Below, one piece after another: positions 50,539 through 64,000 of a stretch of 64,000 bases of DNA. Within the stretch, counting starts at the first letter, position 1; every line of letters begins with the position of its first letter. The position numbers and the translations under genes were made by a program. The notes beneath the pieces are model-generated. The model was not told where the DNA came from and did no database searches. It saw only the letters and a program-made list of their open reading frames with translations. Origin of the DNA: the human T2T-CHM13v2.0 reference genome, Homo sapiens; NCBI RefSeq assembly GCF_009914755.1, contig NC_060938.1; one strand, 5' to 3'.

Positions 50539-52046
50539 CCCTATCTCAAAAAAAAAAAGAGGGCAGAGATTTTTTTCAACATCATCAGAGATGGGAGCTA
50601 TACAAGATATACAAAGAGAGGAGACAGTCAGCCATGGCAATGTCAAAATACTCGTTAGCCAGCACATGTTCTGCCTAGGGAATTTTCTGCACCTACTGGG
50701 AGGTATGGGGAAAGGACACAGGGTTTAGCAGGATCAAGAGGTTGTGGGGGATGCAGAGTACAGGACAGCAATCCCCAGATGGCCTTGGCCTTGGCTCTCC
50801 TTCCTCCAACTCTTAGCTCTCAGGATAACTGTAGAATATGCTAAGAATGCAGTGCCCTGAGACAAGGAGAAAATATCAGGAACAATCTGAGCTTTGTCTT
50901 CATTCCTCCTAAAACTTGTTTCAGCCATCCAAGTGACTTCTGAGATATAAAACCCAGGGAGGGGTGTTTTTGAGGCCCCTTAGCTGTGGTGCAAAGTGAG
51001 GCACATGCAAACAAGACCCCATCTGCCGGGGCAGCTTTCCTGAGCCTTGGGGGACTGGTTCACCATGGATCCTAGGCGTCTGTTGATTCTTGCTGCCTAT
51101 ATCTGTAATGAAGTTGGTTTGCGTGGCTTGCATAGTATTCTGTCACATCAAACTCATACTCTAGCAACTGGGTTTGTGTAAAACCTCCTCCCACATCCAG
51201 GAAATTAAGCAGAAATTAGCAAGATGCTTAGAGTCCTCTCTGAGGAGCGAGGCAGGTGCACAGTGTTGGGGACATGTTGGGAGTCCTCCCCCCAGATTGA
51301 TAACCATTGCATGGGACTCTGCTTCCCAGAGAGAAGAAAGAGAAGATTTCAATCAGGAAGGGGCTCCCTGCAATTTCAAGTAGGGCAGGATGGAGTTGAG
51401 AGGTGGGATGGAAGCAATGAAATTAACTTGCATTTCAAACCTCTGGGGGCAACGCATAGGCTTGAAGCTATAATGTGAGCCTGAGCTAAAACAGTAAGGG
51501 TGTTTATTCAGTATTCTGGACTCCATATGTATCTGATCACTTCACAGCTGCTTAAGGAGATTGTCCAGGGGTCGGCTAACTAGACCCACTGGCCAAACCC
51601 AGGCCCAAAACAGACAGCTTTTAAATATTTCACAAGCTAAGCTTCATACATTTTTAAAAGATTATGAGGAAGAAGGAAGAAAAGGAGAAAGACAAAGAGG
51701 AGTCAGGGGAGAAGAGGAGACAGAGATCATATGCGACCATCAAAGTCTAAAGCACTTACTATTTGGCCCATTACAGAAAAAAGTTTGCAGATCCCTGGAA
51801 TGTAGTCCCTGCTCCCTTCCATTAAGGCCACTGCCCCAAAACTGCAGAGACAGTGTCACCCTGAGAGTGGGAGCATTATTTGTTTTGCTCGTTGCTGGAT
51901 GCCCAGTGCCTAGGATCATGCCTGGCACATAAAATCACTCTGTAAATATTTGTGGAATAAAGGAAAAAATAAATGAATGAACAATGTATAGAAAAGCACT
52001 TGGTAACCTATAAAGTCCAAGTATAGGACAAATAAAAATACATACT

Positions 52047-52558
<512 letters not shown>

Positions 52559-53386
52559 TAGCCTAAGAAGCAGAGCTTCTCAGGCTTTCTGGTGCACACA
52601 GATCACCTTGGGGTTATTATTAGTATCCAAATTCTAAATTAGCATGCCTGGGCTGGGCCCCAAGAATTAGCATTTCTAACAAGCTCTTCTGTGTTGCTGC
52701 AGCTACTGGTCCCTGAATCACATGTGCTGTACAGCAAGGATGTCAAAGCTCTCTTCCTCAAAGGCAGGAGCATCTCCTCAGACCCTAGTATCCTCCTCAT
52801 TTCCTCTTTGCTTCCTTTTGTCGGGTTCCAAAAAACAGTAGAAGTGCCCTGGATTCTGATGAGAGAACATTCTCAAGGGATTGCTGACTCGGGAGGCAAA
52901 CAGGCTCCAGCGATCCTGCAGCCCACGGGCTGGTGGGGAGATGACCCACAGGGGGCTGTTCCAAAAAGGAAGAGCAGTGGGCCTGGAAGAGTATGATTTG
53001 GCCTTAGTGTTGCTTCACTTTTCTGTCTTAATTGCCCTGTGGTTTCATCTGGTCATGGGAGTCCACGATGACATGTGCCATCCTTGTATGAATGGTGCTT
53101 GCAGAACCGAAGGAAGGGCCTGTACCAATGCCTGGGGAAAAGCAGACCAATGAAGACTTGTAAGAGCCCAGAAAAGAGGCTGGGAGAAGGTCAGGAATGG
53201 GGTAAACGTGGCCTTGGGGCATCTGCCTGGAGCTCCAGGTGACCAGTGGCACCCAGAACAATTCTTGACCCTCTGCAGGTCCTCCAAAGCATCCTCAGTA
53301 GGACCTGCAGAAGGTCAAAAATTTTCTGCTTTCACGTTGGATGGAGGTCAAGACTAAGTCAGCTCAACTGTAAAGAAAATGATGCT

Positions 53387-55487
53387 TTTCCCTTTGAAAA
53401 CTGGTACAAGACAAGGATGTCCTCTCTCACCACTCCTATTCAACATAGTATGGGAAGTTCTGGCCAGGGCAATCAGGCAAGAGAAAGAAATAAAGGGTAT
53501 TCAATTAGGAAAAAAGGAAGTCAAGTCTCTATTTGCAGATGACATGATTGTATATTTAGAAATCCCCATTGTCTCAGCCCAAAATCTCCTTAAGCCAATA
53601 AGCAACTTCATCAAAATCTTAGGATACAAAATCAATGTGCAAAAATCACACGCATTCCTATACAACAATAACAGACAAACAGAGAGCCAAATCATGAGTG
53701 AGCTCCCATTCACAATTGCTACAAAGAGAATAAAATACCTAGGAATCCAACTTACAAGGGATGTGAAGGACCTCTTCAAGGAGAACTACAAACCACTACT
53801 CAACGAAATAAAAGAGGACACAAACAAATGGAAGAACATTCCATGCTCATGGATAATAAGAATCAATATCATGAAAATGGCCATACTGCCCAAAGTAATT
53901 TATAGATGCAATGCTATCTCCATCAAGCTACCACTGACTTTCTTCACAGAATTGGAAAAAACTACTTTAAATTTCATATGGAACCAAAAAAGAGCCTGCA
54001 TAGCCAAGACAATCCTAAGCCAAAAGAACCAAGCTGGAGGTATAACACTACCTGACTTCAAACTATATTACAAGGCTTCAGTAACCAAAACAGTATGGTA
54101 CTGGTACCAAAACAGATATATAGAACAATGGAACAGAACAGAGGCCTCAGAAATAACACCACACATCTACAACCATCTGATCTTTGACAAACCTGACAAA
54201 AACAAGAAATGGGAAAAGGATTCCCTATTTAATAAATGGTGCTGGGAAAACTGGCTAGCCATATGTAGAAAGCTGAAGCTGGATCCCTTCCTTACACCTT
54301 ATACAAAAATTAACTCAAGATGGATTAAAGACTTAAATGTAAGACCTAAAACCATAAAAACCCTAGAAGAAAACTTAGGCAATACCATTCAGGACATAGG
54401 CATAGGCAAAGACTTCATGACTAAAACACCAAAAGCAATGGCAACAAAAGCCAAAATTGACAAATGGGATCTAATTAAACTAAAGAGCTTCTGCACAGCA
54501 AAAGAAACTATCATCAGAGTGAACAGGTAACCTACAGAATGGGAGAAAATTTTTGCAATCTATCCATCTGACAAAGGGCTAATATCCAGAATCTACAAGG
54601 AACTTAAGCAAATTTACAAGAAAAAAACAAACAATCCCATCAAAAAGTGGGCGAAGGAGATGAACAGACACTTCTCAAATGAAGACATTTATGAAGCCAA
54701 CAGACATATGAAAAAATGCTCATCATCACTGGTCCTTAGAGAAATGCAAATCAAAACCACAATGAGATACCATCTCATACCAGTTAGAATGGGGATCATT
54801 AAAAAGTCAGGAAACAACAGATGCTGGAGAGTATGCAGAGAAATAGAAATGCTTTTACACTGTTGGTGGGTCTGTAAATTAGTTCAACCTTTGTGGAAGA
54901 CAGTGTGGCAATTCCTCAAGGATGTAGAACTAGAAATACAATTTGACCCAGCAATCCCATTACTGGATATATACCCAAAGGATTATACATCATGCTACTA
55001 TAAAGACACATGCACACATATGTTTATTGTGGCACCATTCACAATAGCAAAGACTTGGAACCAACCCAAATGTCCACCAATAATAGACTGGATAAAGAAA
55101 ATATGGCACATATACACCATGGAATACTATGCAGCCATAAAAAAGGATGAGTTCATGTCCTTTTCAGGGACATGGATGAAGCTGGAAACCATCATTCTCA
55201 GCAAACTAATACAGGAACAGGAAACCAAACACCACATGTTCTCACTCATAAGTGGGAGCTGAACAACGAAAACATATGGACACAGGGAGGGGACTATCAC
55301 ACATTGGGGCCTGTTGGGGGGTTGGGGGCTGGCAGAGGGATAGCATTAGGAGAAATACCTAATGTAAATGACAAGTTGATGGGTGCAGCAAACCAATATG
55401 GCACATGTATACCTATGTAAAAAACCTGCACGTTGTGCACATGTACCCCACAACTTAAAGTATAATTTAAGAAAAGAAAGAAAGAAG
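53387..55487 (+). mobile_element. 5'-truncated L1PA (roughly L1PA5-7): ORF2 RT C-terminal half, Cys-rich domain, 3'UTR, A-rich tail
   Basis: [36 protein letters not shown]...HCWW; TSD GAAAATGATGCT at 53375-53386 and 55488-55499. Confidence 0.97.
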
Positions 55488-55569
55488 GAAAATGATGCTC
55501 TGAGGCCGGAGAACTTGAGAACACTCAGATAATGCTCTGAGGCAAGATGACTAGTCATCCCCAATGTCC

Positions 55570-56314
<745 letters not shown>

Positions 56315-56367
<53 letters not shown>

Positions 56368-56462
56368 ATATATATATAAAAATATATAATATATTATATA
56401 TGTGTATACGTATATATGTATATATATACACACACACACATAGAGAGAGATATATATATAAA

Positions 56463-56507
<45 letters not shown>
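56315..56507. repeat. Compound (CT)n(AT)n(CA)n microsatellite in place of the Alu tail
   Basis: Direct reading. Confidence 0.95.
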
Positions 56508-56509
<2 letters not shown>

Positions 56510-56839
56510 TCAATTCCAAAACTGGGAGCCTGAAAGTCATTTAAGAAAGATGGGCCCAGACAGTTATTGGTCATCTTAGTGCCTTACAGTCAACAAATAT
56601 GTAAGTCCTCTAAAGATGCAGCACTATCGCAACAGACAAACAAAAAATCCTGTCCTCGTAGAGTGTACATTTAATATCATTTCATTTCATCTTGATTACC
56701 ACTCTGTCAGGGAATATTGCCTTGCATCTTAGACATGAGGAAATTAAGCTGTAGAGATTTCCCATGATTTGTTTGAAGTGAGTCAGTTGGTGAGTCAGAC
56801 ATCAGAGATTCAAGCCAGGTCAGCTCATGCCAGAGCTAG

Positions 56840-57259
<420 letters not shown>

Positions 57260-57703
57260 GGATTTTTTTTTTCCTTTTTCATGAGCCAAAGAAAGACCCC
57301 AGACTAGCTAAGAGAGAGGCCCAAGGATACCTGAAGGCCGGGGAGGAGGGACAACCACTTGTTGGGGTGAACCAATCGCAGAGGCTCAGCAGGACAGAGG
57401 CCAAGGCTGAGGAGGCCCCCACAGAGAAACAGAGCCTGAGGACAAGGGGTTCCTCACAACACCTGTGCTCCCCGAAAGCTCCCCTCCACACCCCTCTCTA
57501 GGTGCCCTACTCTCTGGGGTTGGTGAAGGGGTGCCAAAAATGCAAACTGATCCACAGAAAAATAGAGTCCTGTATTTTAAAAATATATCTAGGTTTGTAT
57601 ATGGACATTCACATCACACAGACACACAGACACACATGCAGCCACACACACACACACACACAGAGACACCAAAGAAAAGTGCTTTAGAAATACACCAAAA
57701 TGT

Positions 57704-58015
57704 GGCTGGGTGCGGTGGCTCATGCCTGTAATCCCAGCACTTTGGGAGGCTGAGGTGGGCAGATCACGAGGTCAGGAGTTCAAGACCAGTCCGACCAACA
57801 AGGTGAAACCCTGTCTCTACGAAAAATACAAAAATTAGCTGGGCGTGGTGGTGTGTGCCTGTAGTCCCAGCTACTCGGGAGGCTGAGGCAGAAAGTTGCT
57901 TGAACCCGGGAGTCAGAGGTTGCAGTGAGCTGAGATCACGCCACTGCACTCCAGCCTGGGCAACAAAGCAAGACTCTGTCTCAAAATAAAAATAAAAAAT
58001 AAAAAGAAATAAAAA
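57704..58015 (+). mobile_element. Alu (AluS-like) ~350 bp upstream of SERPINA3 exon 1
   Basis: TSD agaaata(c/t)accaaaatgt at 57686-57703 and 58016-58033. Confidence 0.97.
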
Positions 58016-58252
58016 AGAAATATACCAAAATGTTAGCTGGGGTCTTCTCTGGGTAGTAAAGTGCTGGGGGATATTTTCCAAAGTCCTTCTTTACATTCTC
58101 TGAGTTTTTCCATGTTCTTCAATGAGTATTTAATAAGCAGATAAAAACTAATACAACAAAGGATTTTTTCTGTGTGCTTTTTTGACCTTTGGAGGAAGAG
58201 ATTAGAGCTAGTCCCATAACCAGGTTATTTGAGTAGGTCTAACAAGCCCGTA

Positions 58253-58355
58253 TTACCAGAAATTATCATCTGGTCATTTCCAGTCCGAGAACAGAACACT
58301 TGGTTGTCCTGGCATTTCCCAAGCAGGGGGAGGAGTTCTCTGCAGGAATAAATAA
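58253..58355 (+). promoter_or_regulatory. SERPINA3: SERPINA3 proximal promoter: two STAT3-type acute-phase elements and a TATA-like box
   Basis: TTACCAGAA 58253-58261; GTCCGAGAA 58283-58291; ATAAATAA 58348-58355. ACT is an IL-6/oncostatin M-induced acute-phase protein. Confidence 0.8.
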
Positions 58356-58375
58356 GCCTCAGCATTCATGAAAAT

Positions 58376-58434
58376 CCACTACTCCAGACAGACGGCTTTG
58401 GAATCCACCAGCTACATCCAGCTCCCTGAGGCAG
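58376..58434 (+). other. SERPINA3: SERPINA3 exon 1 (5' end approximate)
   Basis: Downstream of the TATA-like box; donor gcag|GTAATC at 58435. Confidence 0.75.
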
Positions 58435-59142
58435 GTAATCCATGATGTTTTACATCCTGGGAGCGGAGGAATCTGTTTTTCCAGGAGAGTTTTAGGCAGC
58501 AGCCTGGAGTGTGTGGAGTGTGAGGGGTAAGCAGAGGCCAGGAGGAGGTGTACTCAGGTGTTAGGGGCCAGGGGTCTGTTCTTGGCTGCCACTGATTCCC
58601 TGTGCCTTTTTTAGAGGCATCCTCTGTGTCTGGGTTTTCACACCTGCAAAGGGTGGAGGTGCCCTGGGGCCTCTATGGTCATTTCTGCCTTGATACTTAC
58701 AGATTCGGATTTGAGTCAGCTGTGCATCTGACCCTCAGGGAAGAGGTGCTGTCCCCTTGCCTGGAGCAGGGTGCAGCTCTCAGAACATGTGGCAGATGTG
58801 ATTATTGCAGCAGGTCCCTCTGAGCAGAGGCCACAGGCCTCACCATGATTTCAGGGTCTCCATGGGGCTGCCTCGGGAGCTCCACTTCCCCAAAAGGACC
58901 CCTGGCCAAGTCGACAGATGGGCTGTGTCTCTGTCCAGCAACAGAAAAGACAAACTGCTGGGAAACAGCCAGCCCTCCAACTTGCCCAAACAGAAAAGAC
59001 AAGCCTTTGCCCCTGAAATAATTCTGGAGAAAAATATTGTCTAACATTTATCCAGAGAAATGATTGCATCAGCCTGAGAGTGAACAGTTGAAGCAAACAA
59101 GGTGCCTCTGTCCCTGGGCTTGGCCAAAGGCATTTCCACTGG

Positions 59143-59300
59143 CCTCCCCTCCTTCCCCTCCTTCCCCTCCTTCCCCTCCTTCCCTTCCTTTCCTTCCTTC
59201 CCTTCCTTCCACTCTCTCTTCCCCTTTTCTTCTCCTCTCTCTACCCCTCTCCCCTCCCCTCCCTTCCAATCGCCTCTCTTCCCCACTCTTCTCCCCAGCA
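59143..59300. repeat. Polypyrimidine low-complexity tract with (CCCCTCCTT)x4
   Basis: Direct reading. Confidence 0.9.
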
Positions 59301-60428
59301 CCCAAGCTGCCCCTTTTCTCTTCTGAATTCTAGGACTGAGTGGGCGGAGGCTGAAGGTGAATAATCTTGTTTGCTGCGGTCACCGGCTTGGAACTCAGCC
59401 CTTCCAGGGTCTCTTGTGCAGTAGCTCATGGCTCTTCTCTGGCTTGTAGTTTCAGGAAAGGGGTAGTATGGGAGGTGGTGACTGCTCGGTACGTCTAATA
59501 TGAACCAGGTGCCTTCATCATTTATCTCACCTGAGCCACTTAACAGGTTGTGCAGAGACGGAAACAGGTTGAGAGATGTACAGTCACCTGCTTGCCAGTA
59601 CACAGCAATCAAAAGTGGCCAAAATAAAATCCCAGTCCAAGTCTGGGAGACTCCAAAGCCCTCTCTGCCTTCTCCCCACTAAGAGGCCCTTCCAGGCTTA
59701 TGGTGGACACAGACACCACGTGGCAACCTGGCAGGGGCAGAGAAGAACATTTGCCTTTCTTTGGTCTTGCTGCCAACCATTATCAGGGCCATCGAGGCTC
59801 CAGACACTGTACCAGGGACTTTCATTTCCCTCTCTCAGTCGACCCTCACTGCCACCCAGCATCACATCGTGGAGGCCTGTGGAGGCCACACCACGTGACA
59901 TCTAGAGGCTGGGAGAGTCACTGTGGCCTCTATCTCTGCCCAGGGCTCCTTCATCCCTGGGTTCTACTTTGGTGGCAGTTGGGAGAATGAAGGAAGGGAG
60001 CCCCTGCTTTCTAATCCCCTAGGATGAGATCTGCTCACCAAGCAGGAGAGGAGCAGGCATTCTGATTGGACTGAACCTCGGACCCCCCATCAGCTTACAG
60101 ACCGAGGAGCCAGGCAAACCTGGCTGCCCACTGGGCTCCTTTACCTGTTTGCTGTATGATCTTGGGCAAGCCCCCTCACCGCTCTGTGCCCGGCTTTTCC
60201 ACTGCAAGAAAATGGCAACAATTATGGTACCTACCTCAAAGGGTGAAATGAAGCAGAGTGATGTGTGTCGGGTGCCCCAGAGAGCACCTACCTGAGGGAG
60301 GCTCCAAAGCTAGCAAGAGGCAGCAGGACAGGGACCAGGACGCAGGCTGGGTGGAGGGCAGTGGGAGGTGGTCGGGGCTCCATCTGGCCCTCTGAGACTT
60401 AAAGGAGCTTTGCTTTTCAGAGTTGAGA

Positions 60429-61071
60429 ATGGAGAGAATGTTACCTCTCCTGGCTCTGGGGCTCTTGGCGGCTGGGTTCTGCCCTGCTGTCCTCTGCCAC
60501 CCTAACAGCCCACTTGACGAGGAGAATCTGACCCAGGAGAACCAAGACCGAGGGACACACGTGGACCTCGGATTAGCCTCCGCCAACGTGGACTTCGCTT
60601 TCAGCCTGTACAAGCAGTTAGTCCTGAAGGCCCCTGATAAGAATGTCATCTTCTCCCCACTGAGCATCTCCACCGCCTTGGCCTTCCTGTCTCTGGGGGC
60701 CCATAATACCACCCTGACAGAGATTCTCAAAGGCCTCAAGTTCAACCTCACGGAGACTTCTGAGGCAGAAATTCACCAGAGCTTCCAGCACCTCCTGCGC
60801 ACCCTCAATCAGTCCAGCGATGAGCTGCAGCTGAGTATGGGAAATGCCATGTTTGTCAAAGAGCAACTCAGTCTGCTGGACAGGTTCACGGAGGATGCCA
60901 AGAGGCTGTATGGCTCCGAGGCCTTTGCCACTGACTTTCAGGACTCAGCTGCAGCTAAGAAGCTCATCAACGACTACGTGAAGAATGGAACTAGGGGGAA
61001 AATCACAGATCTGATCAAGGACCTTGACTCGCAGACAATGATGGTCCTGGTGAATTACATCTTCTTTAAAG
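60429..61071 (+). CDS. SERPINA3: Alpha-1-antichymotrypsin, coding exon 1 (exon starts at 60421; remaining exons lie beyond the window)
   Basis: ttttcag|agttgagaATG; [63 protein letters not shown]...[11 protein letters not shown]|gtgagt; 643 nt, phase 1. Confidence 0.98.
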
Positions 61072-64000
61072 GTGAGTGTGCCTGGCTTGGGGTTCAGAAG
61101 AGGTGGATCTCAGGGCCATTTCTGTCCTGACTCAACAATGGTGTTATTAGGCAAACCACTGTAGAGGAGAGTGCCCACAGCATGGGGGCAGCATAAGCAT
61201 CAAGGCCCCACCCTGCCCATAGGCATCGCCGTCTCCTGTGGGGTTTTTCCAAATTACAGTTTGTCCTTGGAAGACATAATTCAGTGGAGCCCATCAGCCT
61301 CTGGTCTGAGTCAGTGTGGTGCTTTTCACTCTGATTTAAACTTGTCCGGCAAACAGAAAGAAGGAGCTCTCCTTTCAAACCACTCCAGGGCGCGTAGGAG
61401 CTAGAGCTCCCTCCTTGCAGGGGTGCTGCTAGACTAGGCCAGGAAGTCCCTCTGTCTGGATGCACCTGGGGCTCCTGCCCTGCACATGTGGGAGGAGCAC
61501 ATTCCAGCCAGGGGCCTTGGTGTCTGGAGGTGGCCAGGTGGGGCTGGGGCCATCTTCACAGGGCAAGATAATCCCCAAGGAGCCTGGCCACTTCCAAGAT
61601 TCTATGATTCTACTCTGCTATCATCTTTAATTATTTTAAAAAATATGTCACTGACACATAACAAATGAGGGCAGAAATGGCATTGTTCCCATCTGGGGAA
61701 GAGCCTCAAGGGTGGGCAGTATACAAAACATGACCCTTTGCCAGATTCTAACTGGTCCAGTGCCCAATCCCATTGATAGAAACTCAACCAATGCAAACCT
61801 CAGCCTGCAAGCTCCGAAGGGGCAGAGTGCAAGCCGGTAGCTTTTGCCTCCTGGAGCCCACAGTCCAGATGGGGACAAAAAAAGAGATAGGGACACAAAG
61901 AGTGATCACTGAGCCAGAGGGTGGAAAGGTGCTTAGGAGACATGAGCTGCTTGGAGGCAGAGTCCTGCTTGGAAGCTGTTGGTTGATTCCTGGGCAAGCC
62001 ACTTCCCCTCCTGGGCCTGGGTTTTCATCTGTAAATGAAGGCGTGGATCCAGATCTCCCTCTAAGACTACTCCACGCCTCACGTGCCATTTGTTCTCTGA
62101 GTTTCCCATGTTCTCGCCTCCTACTACCTAGCCCTATGCTAGGACTCTCCCCTCCAGGACACAGTAGCCAGCCTAGCTTTCCCCTCCCCACCTGCCTCTA
62201 ACAATGGGAAACAGGCAGGTGGTAAACAGGTGGGCAGTGGAGGTGGCCCCATGTCTCCAGCCTCCCCTGGAAGCTCCCACCCCCCTCATTGTTCAGTGCT
62301 CTGGTCCTCCTGGAGTGGAGACCTGCAGGGCCCCTCCCCTTCCTCTGTTGACCTCTCCTCACTCTCCAGGTGCCAGTTTTGCTCCCTGCCTCAGCCTGGT
62401 TTACATACAGTGTATGTGACGGGGCTTGGTCACTGCTGGGGCAGCCCTGTGGAAGGTGGAGGGGACCGAGCATGCATGAGCTTCAGGCTGAGACAGTCCC
62501 AGCTCAGAACCCTGGAGTGCTTGTTCCCTCCCTTTCTGCTCTTCCTCTTCCATTGCACCCACTGGACCCAAGAGCATGCAAGGATTGACTCACCCAGTGA
62601 TGCTAGAACTATGTATTCAGCTGAAAGTAAGGGGGTGGGGGCATCCAACCAGGGGCAGAAGATGGGAATTCAAGAAAGGAAGGTTTCCCCTAGAAAACGG
62701 TTTTCGTCTTTTCTCTTAAATCCAGATAGAATAAGAAGCGAAGGCCGTTACAGCAGAGAGAAAGTTGAGTCAAGCAGAGATCAGATACTAAAGACACTAG
62801 ACTAACCAGACATTCGGGCCCTCAGTTGAACAGCTGAGGATGTCAGAAGATGTTAAGGAGGCAAAATTGGAAAACTTGGTGGCTGGCAGACAGAAATGGG
62901 GGGAGATGGGAGCAGATGTGAGAAGATTTAAAGGCTTGTAGAGCTTGGGTGGTGATTTCATCCACCAAACCTATCTCTCTCCCCATTCTGGCATACAAGG
63001 CAGCAGTCAGGGTCCCCAGAGGCAGCCCATCTTTCTGGCAGGGACCCATGCTGGAGATCTGGCCAGCTGAAAGGCCCCAAAGGAGCTCGGTGCCCTGGGT
63101 AATATGGGAAGGTGCTCCATGGCACTGCCCTCACATGGAGGCCACAGAAGCCCCTGAATGGCTGCTGCAATTGGTAACGGGGACACCTGTTCAACTGAAA
63201 TATCTCCTACCCTGAGATGGGTCCTTTCTCCAAGGGATCTTTACAATTACATTTGTCCCCAGTCATTCCATGTTGGGAGGCTGCAGGGACCAGAGAAGCT
63301 GAGATGGTCTTTGGGGAGGGGAAAGGAAAGATGGACAGTTATTTTGGTCCTAGAAAGCCCAAAGGTGGGGAAGTGTCAAGAAGGAAGATGAGGGCACAAG
63401 AGAATGTAGGGCCACCCAGAAGCTGGCTCTCATTGCAATTACAGAAAGAAAAACCAAAATAAAGAAAGAAAGGAAAGAAGCTCCCATTTATTGAGCAGCT
63501 ACTCTCACCAGCCATTCACATGCAATACCTCGTTTAATTCTCGCAGCGGCTCTGAAAGGTGGATGGTGGTATTGCCATTTGTTAGGTAGGAGACATGCCG
63601 TCCAGAAAAGCAAATAATTAAACATTCAAAGTTGACCTGGGCCCATTTGAAAATTCCTTTTGCTCCCTCATTTTAACCCCTAAAGTAAAGCCGTTTGTGA
63701 CTTTATGAGCTTTTACCAAGCATCTCCTAAAACCAAGAATGGAGGTGAAAGATTGTGGAGCCCACAACCTAGAGAAAGGATTGACAATTTTTTTTCCATA
63801 AAGGGCCTAGTAGTATGTATTTTAGGCTGTGTGGTCCACATGAGGGCAGATTCTTCTTTTTGACTTCCTCCTCTGCATCTTCTTCATCTTCTCTTTCCTC
63901 TTCATTTTTTTTACAACCTTTGAAAAATATAAGCACCATTCTTAGCTTTAGGTACACACAAAAATAAGCTATGGCTGTATTGGCTTACAGGCTATAGTTT

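Noticed and set aside
58288-58310. Possible glucocorticoid response element AGAACA...TGTCCT in the SERPINA3 promoter
   Set aside because: The half-sites are 6 nt apart, not the 3 nt required

Overview
Human genomic DNA from the 14q32 clade-A serpin cluster. Three paralogous serpin genes lie head-to-tail on the + strand. SERPINA4 (kallistatin) has a complete CDS at 9437-15546 in 4 coding exons that splice to 427 aa. SERPINA5 (protein C inhibitor) has a complete CDS at 33348-38239 in 4 coding exons that splice to 406 aa. For SERPINA3 (alpha-1-antichymotrypsin) only the promoter, exon 1 and the first coding exon are in the window. The rest is eukaryotic intergenic/intronic sequence: two L1s, 11 Alus, MaLR/MER21/LTR33-like LTRs, hAT MER elements, L2/MIR relics and micro/minisatellites. 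Almost all other ORFs in the track are spurious. This is a well-studied locus and I found no new multi-gene system. The observations most worth a second look are: (1) a 330-400 bp inverted duplication just past the SERPINA5 poly(A) site; (2) in-frame upstream-ATG N-terminal extensions ahead of the signal peptides of both SERPINA4 and SERPINA3; (3) an NF-kB site of the SERPINA3 -13 kb enhancer that sits inside a MER53-like transposon; (4) a 62-bp direct repeat bracketing a SERPINA5 exon; (5) a structured 30/33/66-bp minisatellite upstream of SERPINA5. Repeat family names come from recalled consensus sequences, not from a search.
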